Shown here: in pieces, positions 50,329-59,328 of the stretch | Position numbering within the stretch: the first letter of the stretch is position 1 | How the letters are laid out: each line of letters begins with the position of its first letter | Assembly: GCA_017577365.2 (NCBI GenBank) | Contig: PKRJ02000002.1 | Span: 5,921-69,920, forward strand | Length of the DNA: 64,000 nucleotides | Origin: Gammaproteobacteria bacterium | GTDB taxonomy: Bacteria > Pseudomonadota > Gammaproteobacteria > Steroidobacterales > Rariloculaceae | Direction: 5' to 3' | The notes under the pieces: model-generated | Database searches by the model: none | Told to the model about the DNA's origin: nothing | The model's input: only the letters and a program-made list of their open reading frames with translations | Translations under genes and position numbers: made by a program

Positions 50329-50907
50329 ATGCTGCTCCACGTTCTCGGTATCGTCTGCGGGCTTGCGGTCGTAGTGCTCGCCGCGCTCGAGCCGCGCCGC
50401 CTTGATACGGGCCTCGCGTTCTGCGCAGGGCTCGTCGCTGCGGCGATCGTGATCGGCGCGACGCACGTGCCGGATCCCGTCTGGGGCGCTGCGCTCACCG
50501 CGGCCGGCGCCGCGGTCGCGCTCTGGACGCCTCGTGCCGCGTGGATGGCGTTCGCGTGCGGCGGCGTGCTCGCGGCCGTTTGGGCGTCGGTGCTCGCGGC
50601 CCAGGGTCTCGCGGTACCCGTCGCGTATGCGCTCGTCACCGTCGTCGCGGCGGCGTCGAGCGGTCTCGCGGCTTTCCGTCCCCGGTTCGCGCCGTCGAGC
50701 CTGCGCGAGGAGGCGCTCGTGCTCGTCGCGGCGCTCGCGGTGCTCGTCGCCGCGGCGCCCGCGGTCTCGGCGGGATGGCATTCGGCCGCGACGCTGCGCG
50801 GCTCGCCGCTCGAGCCGCCGGCCACCGCGTCCGCGGCCTGGGCGTTCGCGCTGGCCGCCTGCGCCCTCGTGTGCGGGGCGATTCATGCGTTATGGAGGAG
50901 ACGATGA
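50329..50907 (+). CDS. Hypothetical multi-pass membrane protein (HmuT-like position)
   Basis: Highly hydrophobic 192-aa protein with an ATGA overlap to the ExbB-like gene. Confidence 0.65.
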   Translation: MLLHVLGIVCGLAVVVLAALEPRRLDTGLAFCAGLVAAAIVIGATHVPDPVWGAALTAAGAAVALWTPRAAWMAFACGGVLAAVWASVLAAQGLAVPVAYALVTVVAAASSGLAAFRPRFAPSSLREEALVLVAALAVLVAAAPAVSAGWHSAATLRGSPLEPPATASAAWAFALAACALVCGAIHALWRRR

Positions 50908-51530
50908 ATCTTCTCGAACTTCTCGAGAATGGACTGTTCGCGCTCGGTCAGGTGCTGCGGCTGCCGGTGATGGCGCTGCTTTGGATCTGCGTGGCCGCGG
51001 CGCTCTTCATGGCGGGCTCCGCAATCGTCGATGCGCTCGCGCGGCGCCGCGAGCGGCAGGGCTTCGACGTCGAGCGGTGGCTCAAGAAGGGGCCGGTGCT
51101 CGAGGCCAGCGCGGCGCGCGAGGCCGAGCTGCCCGCGACGCTCAGGCGGATGCTCGCTCAGATCAAGTCGGCCCATGCGGAAGCCGGCCTCGCGAACGGC
51201 GGGCTCGAGCATATTCTGCTCGCGCACGAGGAGCGTATCCGCGCGCGCGTCACTGCGCCCCGGGTGCTGGTCAAGGTCGGTCCGAGCCTCGGCCTCGTCG
51301 GGACGCTGATCCCGATGGGTACCGCGCTCGCAGCGCTCGCGAGCGGCAACCTCGAGGCGATGGCGGGGCAGATGATCGTCGCGTTCACGACGACGATCAT
51401 CGGCATCGTGTGCGGCACGATTGCCTTCGTGATCCTGACCATCCGGCAGGGGTGGGTCGGCGAGACGATCAGGGAGCTCCGCTTCGTCGCGGAGCGGGTC
51501 GCCGCGGAGCTCGAGGCGGCTAAGGCGTAG
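50904..51530 (+). CDS. MotA/TolQ/ExbB proton channel family protein
   Basis: GPSLGLVGTLIPM and AFTTT motifs. Confidence 0.88.
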   Translation: MNLLELLENGLFALGQVLRLPVMALLWICVAAALFMAGSAIVDALARRRERQGFDVERWLKKGPVLEASAAREAELPATLRRMLAQIKSAHAEAGLANGGLEHILLAHEERIRARVTAPRVLVKVGPSLGLVGTLIPMGTALAALASGNLEAMAGQMIVAFTTTIIGIVCGTIAFVILTIRQGWVGETIRELRFVAERVAAELEAAKA

Positions 51531-51543
51531 GAGGAACGGACCT

Positions 51544-51876
51544 ATGGCGAGGTTCCTGAATTTGCCGCCGCCCGGAGGTGAGCCCGAGGACGATCCGCTC
51601 GCGGGCGTCGCGAACCTGTTCGACGTCTCGGTCGTGTTCATCGTCGCGCTGATGGTCACGCTGTTCTCGGTCTACCGCATCGGTGACCTGCTCGACCCGG
51701 AGGCCGAGCTCACGATGGTCATGACGAAGCCGAACGGGATGAGCGAGATCATCGTGAAGCGCGGCACCGAGATCGAAGCGTACGAGGTCACCGGCGAGAC
51801 GCTTTCCGGCGACGGCGAGCGGCTCGGTTCCGCGTACCGGCTCGCGAACGGGCAGATCATCTATGTTCCGGACTGA
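51544..51876 (+). CDS. DUF2149 family protein
   Basis: EDDPLAGVANLFDVSVVF and G...LGSAYRLANGQIIYVP motifs. Confidence 0.88.
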   Translation: MARFLNLPPPGGEPEDDPLAGVANLFDVSVVFIVALMVTLFSVYRIGDLLDPEAELTMVMTKPNGMSEIIVKRGTEIEAYEVTGETLSGDGERLGSAYRLANGQIIYVPD

Positions 51877-54800
51877 GCGCGTGCTCGCCGGTCTCGGGAT
51901 CCGCTTTCCGTCGTGGTGCCGGATTGCTGCGGCCGCGGCGACGCTGTTGCTCGCGTGCGCCGCCCGCGCGGACGACGCGATCCGCCTGACGTATCTCTTC
52001 TCCGACGGGCAGATGCCGGTCACGCTGCAGGCGTTCAAGGCGGTGCTCGCGGAGCACCCGGACCTCCGCGGCCGCGTCGAGCTCGCGTTCGTGACGGAAT
52101 CGACGCGGGCGAGGCTCGAGACGGAAACGCTTGCTTCGACCGACGTGCTCGTCGTCGACATGATGAACGAGCAGATGCTCGATCAGGTCGGCGCGGAGCA
52201 CGGCCTCGATCTGATCGCGCACGTCGCGGCACGCGGCGCCGTGCTCGTCGTCGGCGTCGGCTTGTCGGCGACGGAAAAGTTCACCGCAAAGGGCGCCGTC
52301 TTCGACGAGCGCGCGCACGCGTACTGGCAGCATTCGGGCTTCGCGAACCATGTCGGGCTCGTGAAGCTCGCGCTGACGAAGGCGGGCATCGACGGGCTCG
52401 CGCTGCCGGAGCCCCAGCCGAGCCTCGAGCTCGGCTACTACTATCCGGATCCGCAAAGCGGGTCCGGCGGCCGCGTCTTCGCGTCGTGGGCCGAGTTCGA
52501 CGCGTGGCGGCGCGCCGCGGGGAAGCACCGCCCGGGCGCGCCGAGGATCGCCGTCGGGTTCTACAAAGCAAACTACTACTCGGGCGACACGCAGGCGCTC
52601 GATGCCGTGATCGGCGAGATCGAGCGGCAGGGCGCCGAGGCGATCCCGGTGTTCGGTTATCCCGGCGCGTACGCGTTCGAGGAGCTGCTCATCGACGAGC
52701 ACGGCGTGCCGCGAGTCGACGTCGCGATGGCGTTCCTGTTCCGCTTCTCGGACTTCGAGACCGCGACCCATCTCGCCAAGCTCGACGTGCCGGTCATGAA
52801 CCTCGTGACGCTCTACGGGCGAAGCCAGCGCGAGTGGCGCGAGTCGAAGACGGGGCTCTCTATCTTCGAGGGCACGTTTCAGGTCGCGGTGCCGGAGCTC
52901 GCGGGTCTCGTGTCGCCGATCGTCGTCGGCAGCCGGGAGCGGCGCTTCGACCTCGAGACCGGCGTCTCGGTCGTGACGAGCGAGCCGATCACGTCGCGGA
53001 TCGAGATGGGCGTGAAGCGCGCGCGCCGCTTCGCGGCGCTTCGCTCGAAGCCGAACGCCGAGAAGCGCATTGCGCTGATGTACTACAACTACCCGCCCGG
53101 CAAGGCCAACATCGGTGCGAGCTATCTGAACGTCGCCGAGTCGCTCGCGAACGTGCTCGACCGCCTCGCGGCCGAAGGGTATGACGTCGGGGCAGCGTCC
53201 GACCGGTCGCCGGAAGCCGTGCTCGGCGCGATCACGACGAAGGCGCGGAACGTAGGCGGCTACGCGCCCGGCGAGCTCGATGCGTTGGTCGCCGAAGGCG
53301 ACGCGGCGCTCGTGCCGGTCGCGGACTACGAGCGCTGGCTCGCGGAGCTCGCGCCGGCGCTGCGCGAAAAGATCGTCGCGGACTGGGGCGAGCCCCGCGA
53401 CTCGAGCCTGATGGCGGTCGGTGAAGGCGCCGGGAAGCGCTTCGTCGTGCCGATCGTCCGTTATGGCAACGTGGTTCTGCTGCCGCAGCCGTCGCGCGCG
53501 TGGGGCGAGGATGGCGACAAGCTCTACCACGCGAAGGATCTCGCGCCGCATCACCAGTACGTCGCGACGTACGAATGGCTGCGCCGCGAGTTCGGCGCGG
53601 ACGCGATCGTGCATGTCGGCACGCACGGCACGCACGAGTGGCTCGACGGCAAGGACGTCGGCCAGACCGAGGAGGACGCGTCCGATGCGCTGATCGCGGA
53701 TCTCCCGAACGTCTACATCTACAACGTCGACGTCGTCGGCGAAGGCCTCATCGCACGGCGGCGCGGCCTCGCGACGCTCGTCGATCACATGGTGCCGCCG
53801 TTCGTCGAAGGCGGGCTCTATGCGGAGCTCGCGGCGCTCAACGAGCGGATCAACGATTACGACGCGGCGCTGCACAGGAATCCCGTGCTGGCCGAGGCGT
53901 TCGCCGAGGAGATTCGTGCGCAGGTCATCGCGCTCGGCATCGACAAGGATCTCGGCCTCGATCTCGGCGCGGGGCTCGATCACGAAGCGGTGCACGAGAT
54001 CATCGGGTATCTCCAGGAGCTTCGCGGGCAGAACATCCCGTACGGGCTTCATACGTTCGGTACCGCGCCCGAAGGCAAAGCGCTCGAGTCGACTGTCGAT
54101 GCGATCGTCGGCACGGACCGGAGCCTCCTGCCGAACGACGCGAAGGTCCTCGCCGACGACATGAGGGCTCGGATCGCGCAGTCGGCCTCGCGCGAGCTCG
54201 ACAGCCTCGTTGCCGCGCTCGGCGGGCGGTTCATCCCGGTAGGCACCGGGGGCGAGCCGATTCGGAATCCCGACGCGTATCCCACCGGCAAGAACTTCTA
54301 CAGCATCGATCCGGACAAGGTGCCGAAGCGTGCCGCATGGGAGCTCGGCGTGAAGCTCGCCGACGAGATGCTCGCGCAGCATCTCGAGGAGCACGGCCGC
54401 TACCCCGAGAAGGTGTCGTTCGTGATCTGGGGCGACGAGACCCTGCGCCACGAGGGCGTCGTCGAGTCGCAGATCTTTCATCTGCTCGGCACACGGCCGG
54501 TCTGGGACGAGCGCGACAAGGTCGTCGGCATCGACGTCGTGCCCCGGAGCCTGCTCGGCAGGCCGCGTATCGATATCGTCGTCGCGAGCGCGGCCGAGGG
54601 CATGTTCAGCAACGTGACGCTCCTGATCGACGAGGCCGTGCAGCGCGTGAAGATGCTCGACGAGGCGGACAACCTCGTGCGCCGGCACTATCTCGCGACG
54701 CGCGCGGCGCTGCTCGAGCGCGGCTACTCGGAGGAGCAGGCCGACCGTCGCGCCGGCGTTCGCATCTTCGACGAGCCGCCCGGCACGTACAACCTCGCCG

Positions 54801-55900
54801 TGTCGAAGATCGCCGAGTCGAGCGGCACATGGGACTCGGATCGCGCGCTCGGCGACGACTACCTGCGTCGCATGGGGCACGGCTTCGGCAACGGTTTCTG
54901 GGGCGAGCCGATGGAGGACGTGTTCCGGCTCGCGCTCTCGGGCACCGAGAAGGTCGTGCACTCGAGCTCGACGATGCTCTACGGCGCGCTCGACAACGAC
55001 GACTTCTATATGTACATGGGCGGGCTCGCGAGCGCGATCCGCAACCTCGACGGCGCTACGCCGGATCTCGTCGTCACCAATACGCGCGATCCGTCGAATC
55101 CGCAGATGACGTCCCTCGAGAAGTTCATCGGCGGCGAGTTCCGCAGCCGTTACGTGAACCCGACCTGGATCGAGGGCATGCAGGCCGAAGGCTACGCCGG
55201 CGCCGGTGCGATGCGCGAGTTCGTCGAGTACATGTGGGGCTGGGACGCGACCGTCACGGACGTCATCGACGACGCGATGTGGCAGGAGGTCTTCGACGTC
55301 TACGTCGCGGACAAGCACGACCTCGGCATGCGGGAGTTCTTCGCCGAGCACTCGCCGGCCGCGTTCCAGGACATCACGGCACGGATGCTCGAGACGGTGC
55401 GCAAGGCGTACTGGGCCGCGGACGAGGCGACGGTCGCGGCGCTCGTCGAGGCGCACATCGAGACCGTGCTCGAGCACGGCATCGCGTGCTCGGACACGAC
55501 CTGCGGCAATCCGCGTCTCTTGCGATTCATCGTCGAGCAGGCCGTCGCGGCAGGCGTGCCCGCTCCGGCCGTCGAGGCGTACGTCGACGCGCTCGAGCGC
55601 GTGATCGGCGCGCCGATAGAGGAGCTCGCGGCCGCGGCGGAGGCCTGGGCACGGCAGAACGACGCGCGCATCGCGAGCCGCGTGATCCCCGGCGCGGAAT
55701 CGCTCGCCGAGGAGTCGGTCGATTCCGCCGAGCTTCGCGGCTACCTGTTGCAGTCCGTCGAGCGGGGCGCGCCGAAGGATGCCGGCGAGCCGCGGCGGCT
55801 TGCACGCGTGGAGCCGGGCACGACCGGCGTGCTCTGGTTCGGCGCGTTCGTGATCGGCGTCCTGCTCTTATGGCGGGCACGTCACCGTTACGCCGCGTGA
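51863..55900 (+). CDS. cobN: CobN/Mg-chelatase H family protein with signal peptide and C-terminal membrane anchor
   Basis: YNYPPGK, LPQP, PHHQY, HVGTHGTHEWL, PTGKNF, RPRID and NPTWIEGM...GYAGA motifs; the start may instead be GTG 51881. Confidence 0.9.
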   Translation: MFRTERVLAGLGIRFPSWCRIAAAAATLLLACAARADDAIRLTYLFSDGQMPVTLQAFKAVLAEHPDLRGRVELAFVTESTRARLETETLASTDVLVVDMMNEQMLDQVGAEHGLDLIAHVAARGAVLVVGVGLSATEKFTAKGAVFDERAHAYWQHSGFANHVGLVKLALTKAGIDGLALPEPQPSLELGYYYPDPQSGSGGRVFASWAEFDAWRRAAGKHRPGAPRIAVGFYKANYYSGDTQALDAVIGEIERQGAEAIPVFGYPGAYAFEELLIDEHGVPRVDVAMAFLFRFSDFETATHLAKLDVPVMNLVTLYGRSQREWRESKTGLSIFEGTFQVAVPELAGLVSPIVVGSRERRFDLETGVSVVTSEPITSRIEMGVKRARRFAALRSKPNAEKRIALMYYNYPPGKANIGASYLNVAESLANVLDRLAAEGYDVGAASDRSPEAVLGAITTKARNVGGYAPGELDALVAEGDAALVPVADYERWLAELAPALREKIVADWGEPRDSSLMAVGEGAGKRFVVPIVRYGNVVLLPQPSRAWGEDGDKLYHAKDLAPHHQYVATYEWLRREFGADAIVHVGTHGTHEWLDGKDVGQTEEDASDALIADLPNVYIYNVDVVGEGLIARRRGLATLVDHMVPPFVEGGLYAELAALNERINDYDAALHRNPVLAEAFAEEIRAQVIALGIDKDLGLDLGAGLDHEAVHEIIGYLQELRGQNIPYGLHTFGTAPEGKALESTVDAIVGTDRSLLPNDAKVLADDMRARIAQSASRELDSLVAALGGRFIPVGTGGEPIRNPDAYPTGKNFYSIDPDKVPKRAAWELGVKLADEMLAQHLEEHGRYPEKVSFVIWGDETLRHEGVVESQIFHLLGTRPVWDERDKVVGIDVVPRSLLGRPRIDIVVASAAEGMFSNVTLLIDEAVQRVKMLDEADNLVRRHYLATRAALLERGYSEEQADRRAGVRIFDEPPGTYNLAVSKIAESSGTWDSDRALGDDYLRRMGHGFGNGFWGEPMEDVFRLALSGTEKVVHSSSTMLYGALDNDDFYMYMGGLASAIRNLDGATPDLVVTNTRDPSNPQMTSLEKFIGGEFRSRYVNPTWIEGMQAEGYAGAGAMREFVEYMWGWDATVTDVIDDAMWQEVFDVYVADKHDLGMREFFAEHSPAAFQDITARMLETVRKAYWAADEATVAALVEAHIETVLEHGIACSDTTCGNPRLLRFIVEQAVAAGVPAPAVEAYVDALERVIGAPIEELAAAAEAWARQNDARIASRVIPGAESLAEESVDSAELRGYLLQSVERGAPKDAGEPRRLARVEPGTTGVLWFGAFVIGVLLLWRARHRYAA

Positions 55901-55946
55901 TTCGGGCCTGCTGGTCACCGGGCACGTTCGGCGATAGAGTGCGCGC

Positions 55947-56849
55947 ATGATGACGCGCCGAACCCTCCTCGCGCTGCCGTTCGCGGCCGGCCTCGCGCAG
56001 ATGCTGCACGCGCAGCCCGCGGGCCGCATGCAGCTCGCGCTGCATCAGAACACTTCGGGCGGCGCCGGCTTTCGCGGTTCGCTCGAAGGCTGGGCGCGCG
56101 CCGGCATCCGCTACGTCGAGCTGACGGACGTGCTGCTCGACGAGTTTCTCGAGAACGATACGCTCGACGGCGCGCGCCGGCTCCTCGCCGACCTCGGCCT
56201 GACCCCGGTGTCCGCGGCCGCCGTGCTGCCTGACGTATGGATACCGGGTCCCGAGCGCGAGGCATCGCTCGAGACGTGGCGCAAGCGCTGCGAGCAGTTC
56301 GCCGCGCTCGGGCTCGACAGGATCTACTGCCCGTCGATCACGACGCGGCCCGTCACGGCCGAGGATTTCGCGGCGACGCCGGACTGCATCCGCGAGGTCG
56401 GCGAGATCACGCGAGGCTTCGGTCTCACGGCGATGATCGAGTTCGCGCGGACGTCGACGCATCTCGCGACACTGCCGTCTACGCTCGCGGTGATCCGCGA
56501 GGCCGCGCATCCGAACGTCCGGCCGATGCTCGACTTCTTCCATTTCTGGTCCGGGCTCGGGAAGTTCGAGGATCTCGATCTCATCGAGCACGGCGAGCTC
56601 GCGCACGTGCACTTCCAGGATCTGAAGGACGGGCCGCGCGAGCTGATCGACAACGACTGGCGCCTGATTCCGGGCGACGGCGTCGCGCCGGTCGTGCGGA
56701 TCCTGCGCAAGCTCGCCGAGAAGGGCTACTCGGGGCCGCTGTCCGTCGAGCTCTTCCGCAGCGAGTTCGTCGACGGTGATCCGTTCGAGGTCGCCCGGGA
56801 GATCCGCGAGAAGTGCGAGGCGGTCATGAGCGCCGCCGGCGTGCTGTGA
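55947..56849 (+). CDS. Sugar phosphate isomerase/epimerase (xylose-isomerase-like TIM barrel) with a Tat-like signal
   Basis: TRRTLL N-terminus; MIEF, DFFH, HVHFQD, PGDG and SVELF motifs. Confidence 0.85.
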   Translation: MMTRRTLLALPFAAGLAQMLHAQPAGRMQLALHQNTSGGAGFRGSLEGWARAGIRYVELTDVLLDEFLENDTLDGARRLLADLGLTPVSAAAVLPDVWIPGPEREASLETWRKRCEQFAALGLDRIYCPSITTRPVTAEDFAATPDCIREVGEITRGFGLTAMIEFARTSTHLATLPSTLAVIREAAHPNVRPMLDFFHFWSGLGKFEDLDLIEHGELAHVHFQDLKDGPRELIDNDWRLIPGDGVAPVVRILRKLAEKGYSGPLSVELFRSEFVDGDPFEVAREIREKCEAVMSAAGVL

Positions 56850-56866
56850 TCGACTGACGCGGCCGG

Positions 56867-57814
56867 TCAGCGCGACTTCTTGGTCGGCTTCTTTTTCGCC
56901 GCCTTCTTCCGAGTCGCCTTCGCAGTCCGCTTCTTCGCGGCCTTTTTCGCGCGGGTTTTCTTCGCCGCACGCTTGGCCGGACGGCGTTGTGACTGCTTCG
57001 CGGTCTTTTTGGTGGTCTTCTTGGCAGTCTTCTTGGCGGTCTTGGTCGTCTTCTTGGCCGTCTTCTTCGCTGCCTTTTTAGCCGCCTTCTTAGCCGTCTT
57101 CTTAGCCGTCTTCTTTTTCGACTTCTTCGCTGTCTTCTTGCCGGCGCTCGCCTTCGTGGTCCTCTTACCTTTCGTGGAGGTGGTCTTGGCCTTCGTTGCT
57201 TTCTGCGCCGATGCTTTCTTCGCGGCCTTCTTCTTTGCAGCCTTCTTGTTTGCGGCCTTCTTTCTCTCCGCCTTCTTCGGGGGCGCCTCCTCTCCCGCAG
57301 GCGTCCTCGTCGCTGCCTTCTTCGTCGCCCGCTTCTCCTTCGCAGCCTTCACTGCCTCCGGCGCGGTCTCTTCCGCCGGCGCGTCGGTCCAGACCGGCGT
57401 CGAGCGCGCTTCGTACTCCGCCGTCGTGCCGCCGTCCGACCGTAAAGCCGCATCCGCGTCGGATTCGTCCGCGTCGGATGCATTCGTGTCGCCGCCGGAC
57501 GAGGGCGCCGCGTCCGCGGCGACGACGTGCAGCGCGAATGCCGCGCCGTACGGATCGAGCACCTGGGCGATGCGGTCTCCGTTCGGGACGTCCATCGGGC
57601 CGTTCTGCACGGATCCGCGCGCGGCCTCGAGCTTATCGAGCGTCGCCGCGAGGTCGGTCACCCGAACGTAGCTGAGCCACGCCGGGTCGCCGGCATCCTT
57701 GTCGTAAATGCCGCCGAGCTCCGTGTCGCCGCGGCCGAAGATCAGATACACGCCCGTCGGCCCGACGTCGGGCTCGCGGATCTTCTCCCAGCCGAAGAGC
57801 TCGCTGTAGAAGTC
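56867..57814 (-). CDS. VOC/glyoxalase-domain protein with a Lys/Ala-rich histone-H1-like tail, 5'-truncated
   Basis: The frame extends upstream of the track start as DFYSELFGWEK...WLSYVRV...GPMDVPNGDRIAQVLDPYGAAFAL, then KKAA/KKTA repeats. Homology is lost above about 57815. Confidence 0.8.
   Translation of the reverse strand, partial: DFYSELFGWEKIREPDVGPTGVYLIFGRGDTELGGIYDKDAGDPAWLSYVRVTDLAATLDKLEAARGSVQNGPMDVPNGDRIAQVLDPYGAAFALHVVAADAAPSSGGDTNASDADESDADAALRSDGGTTAEYEARSTPVWTDAPAEETAPEAVKAAKEKRATKKAATRTPAGEEAPPKKAERKKAANKKAAKKKAAKKASAQKATKAKTTSTKGKRTTKASAGKKTAKKSKKKTAKKTAKKAAKKAAKKTAKKTTKTAKKTAKKTTKKTAKQSQRRPAKRAAKKTRAKKAAKKRTAKATRKKAAKKKPTKKSR
56880..57260 (-). repeat. Coding low-complexity repeats (KKTA/KKAA tetrapeptides)
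   Basis: Recurrent 12-bp-period units such as TCTTAGCCGTCT on the plus strand. Confidence 0.8.
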
Positions 57815-57819
57815 GCTCG
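57813..57819 (+). repeat. 7-bp direct repeat TCGCTCG at the right junction of the inserted block
   Basis: Matches 43662-43668; the offset of 14151 bp is a multiple of 3. Confidence 0.6.
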
Positions 57820-58362
57820 CACACGATCTCCGACCGCCAGGCCGTCTACCGGCTGCTCGCCGAGGGCGTGATCGAGGGCAAGCACCTGATCCAGGTCGGC
57901 CTGCGCGGACCGCAGCTCGACCTCGAGACGCTCGAGTGGATGCGCGAGCAGGGCATTCGCTACCACACGATGGCGGAGGTGGCCTACCGCGGCTGGGACG
58001 CCGTCATGGAGCGCGTGCTCGCCGAGGCCAAGGCCGGGCCGGACCGCGTCTACGTGTCGTTCGACGTGAGCGTCATCGACCCGGTCGAGCTCGCGGCCGC
58101 CGGCCGCGCCGTTCCGGGCGGCTTGATGCTTCGCGAGGTCATTCCGCTCGTGCGGCGGCTCTGCGCCGAAACGCGGATCGTCGGGTTCGAGATCATGGAT
58201 CTCGCGCCGATGCTCGATCTGAGCTACCGGAGCGCGATGAACGCGAACTACGTGATGAACGCGTGTCTCTCCGGTATCGCGATGCGGAAGATGGGCGTGA
58301 CCGAGGAGAATTACATGCATCCTCTCGTTCTCGACCACGGCCAGGGAACGCCGGCGGAGTAG
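57820..58362 (+). pseudogene. Second ureohydrolase paralogue, C-terminal part
   Basis: HTISDRQAVYRLLAEGVIEGKHLIQVGLRGP...SFDVSVIDP...ACLSGIAMRKMG aligns with the first paralogue from where 42793-43668 stops. Confidence 0.85.
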
Positions 58363-58419
58363 TCGCGACTCGCGACTCCCCGCGTCCGACGCATCGCTAG
58401 TCGAGCTTTCGAAGACCGC

Positions 58420-59328
58420 ATGACCGACGAGGATTCTCGCGAATCGAAGCCGTCGCTGCACGGTCGACGGCTGCCGAGCGAGCCGACCGTGATCTTTCTG
58501 CTCTTGGCCGTCGCCATCTTCGCGTACGACGCGCTCGTCTCCGCGAAGCCGACGTCCGCCGACCTCGAGCACGACGGGGCGAGCCGCACCGTCGTCGTCA
58601 CGGACGCCATCCAGTCCGCCCTCGAGAGCGACTTCGAGTGGCTCTACGGTCGGCCGCCGAACGAGGACGAAAGGCGTCTTCTCGTTCGGCAATGGATCGA
58701 CGAGGAAGTCGTGTTCCGCAAAGCGCTCGCGGAAGGTTTGCACTTGAGCGACTCCAAGGTGCGCTCGCATCTCGTCGACAAGCTGCGCCTCCTCTGGGGC
58801 GGCACGCCCGAGCCTCCGGACGAAGCCGAGCTCTTCGAGTTCTACGTCGAGAACATCGAGGACTACTACAGCGAGACGCGCATCAGCTTCGATCAAGTCT
58901 TCTTCGCGGCGCGTCCTGAACGTCCCGGCGAGATTCGCGCGCGGCTCGCGGCCGGCGAGCGGATCGTCGGCGACAGCCACTGGCTCGGCAGCCGCCTGGA
59001 TCGTTATGCCGAGAGCGTTCTGCGGACCACGTTCGGCGGCGCTTTCTACGAGCGTCTGCTGTCCTCGGCGCCGGGGGAATGGATCGGTCCTCTCGAGTCT
59101 CCCAGAGGCTACCACTTCGTCCGCGTCATCGAGGTGACGAAACCGCAACCGATCCCTTACGCGGAGCTTCGGGAAAGACTCACGATGGACTACGTCTCGG
59201 CGGTACGCGAAGAGCGGATCGCGGCGAAGGTCGCCGAGCTTCGAGACGGCTACGAGATCGTCATCGAGCAGCGCGCAGCCCGCGACGGGCTCGACGACGC
59301 GCGAGCCGCGCGATGGGGCGCGGAATGA
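58420..59328 (+). CDS. Peptidyl-prolyl isomerase, PpiC/SurA-like, membrane-anchored
   Basis: N-terminal TM helix; EEVVFRKALAEGL; WIGPLESPRGYHFVRV. Confidence 0.8.
   Translation: MTDEDSRESKPSLHGRRLPSEPTVIFLLLAVAIFAYDALVSAKPTSADLEHDGASRTVVVTDAIQSALESDFEWLYGRPPNEDERRLLVRQWIDEEVVFRKALAEGLHLSDSKVRSHLVDKLRLLWGGTPEPPDEAELFEFYVENIEDYYSETRISFDQVFFAARPERPGEIRARLAAGERIVGDSHWLGSRLDRYAESVLRTTFGGAFYERLLSSAPGEWIGPLESPRGYHFVRVIEVTKPQPIPYAELRERLTMDYVSAVREERIAAKVAELRDGYEIVIEQRAARDGLDDARAARWGAE

Noticed and set aside
51857-55477. 1206-aa minus-strand ORF and many other long overlapping ORFs (e.g. 21177-23918, 43554-45974, 19808-22042)
   Set aside because: These are antisense or alternate-frame ORFs expected at high GC; they have no motifs and overlap well-supported genes.
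56880-57260. Possible CRISPR or non-coding tandem array
   Set aside because: The repeats are degenerate, codon-phased and lack unique spacers; no cas genes are present.
56880-57671. Plus-strand 263-aa hydrophobic ORF (FFAAFF repeats) resembling a membrane protein
   Set aside because: It is the antisense shadow of the Lys/Ala repeat tail (AAG/GCC codons read as Phe/Leu/Ala).
43669-57812. Prophage, ICE, transposon or intron interpretation of the inserted block
   Set aside because: It has no integrase, transposase, reverse transcriptase or phage genes and looks compositionally like the flanks. Circularising it does not restore either truncated end gene.
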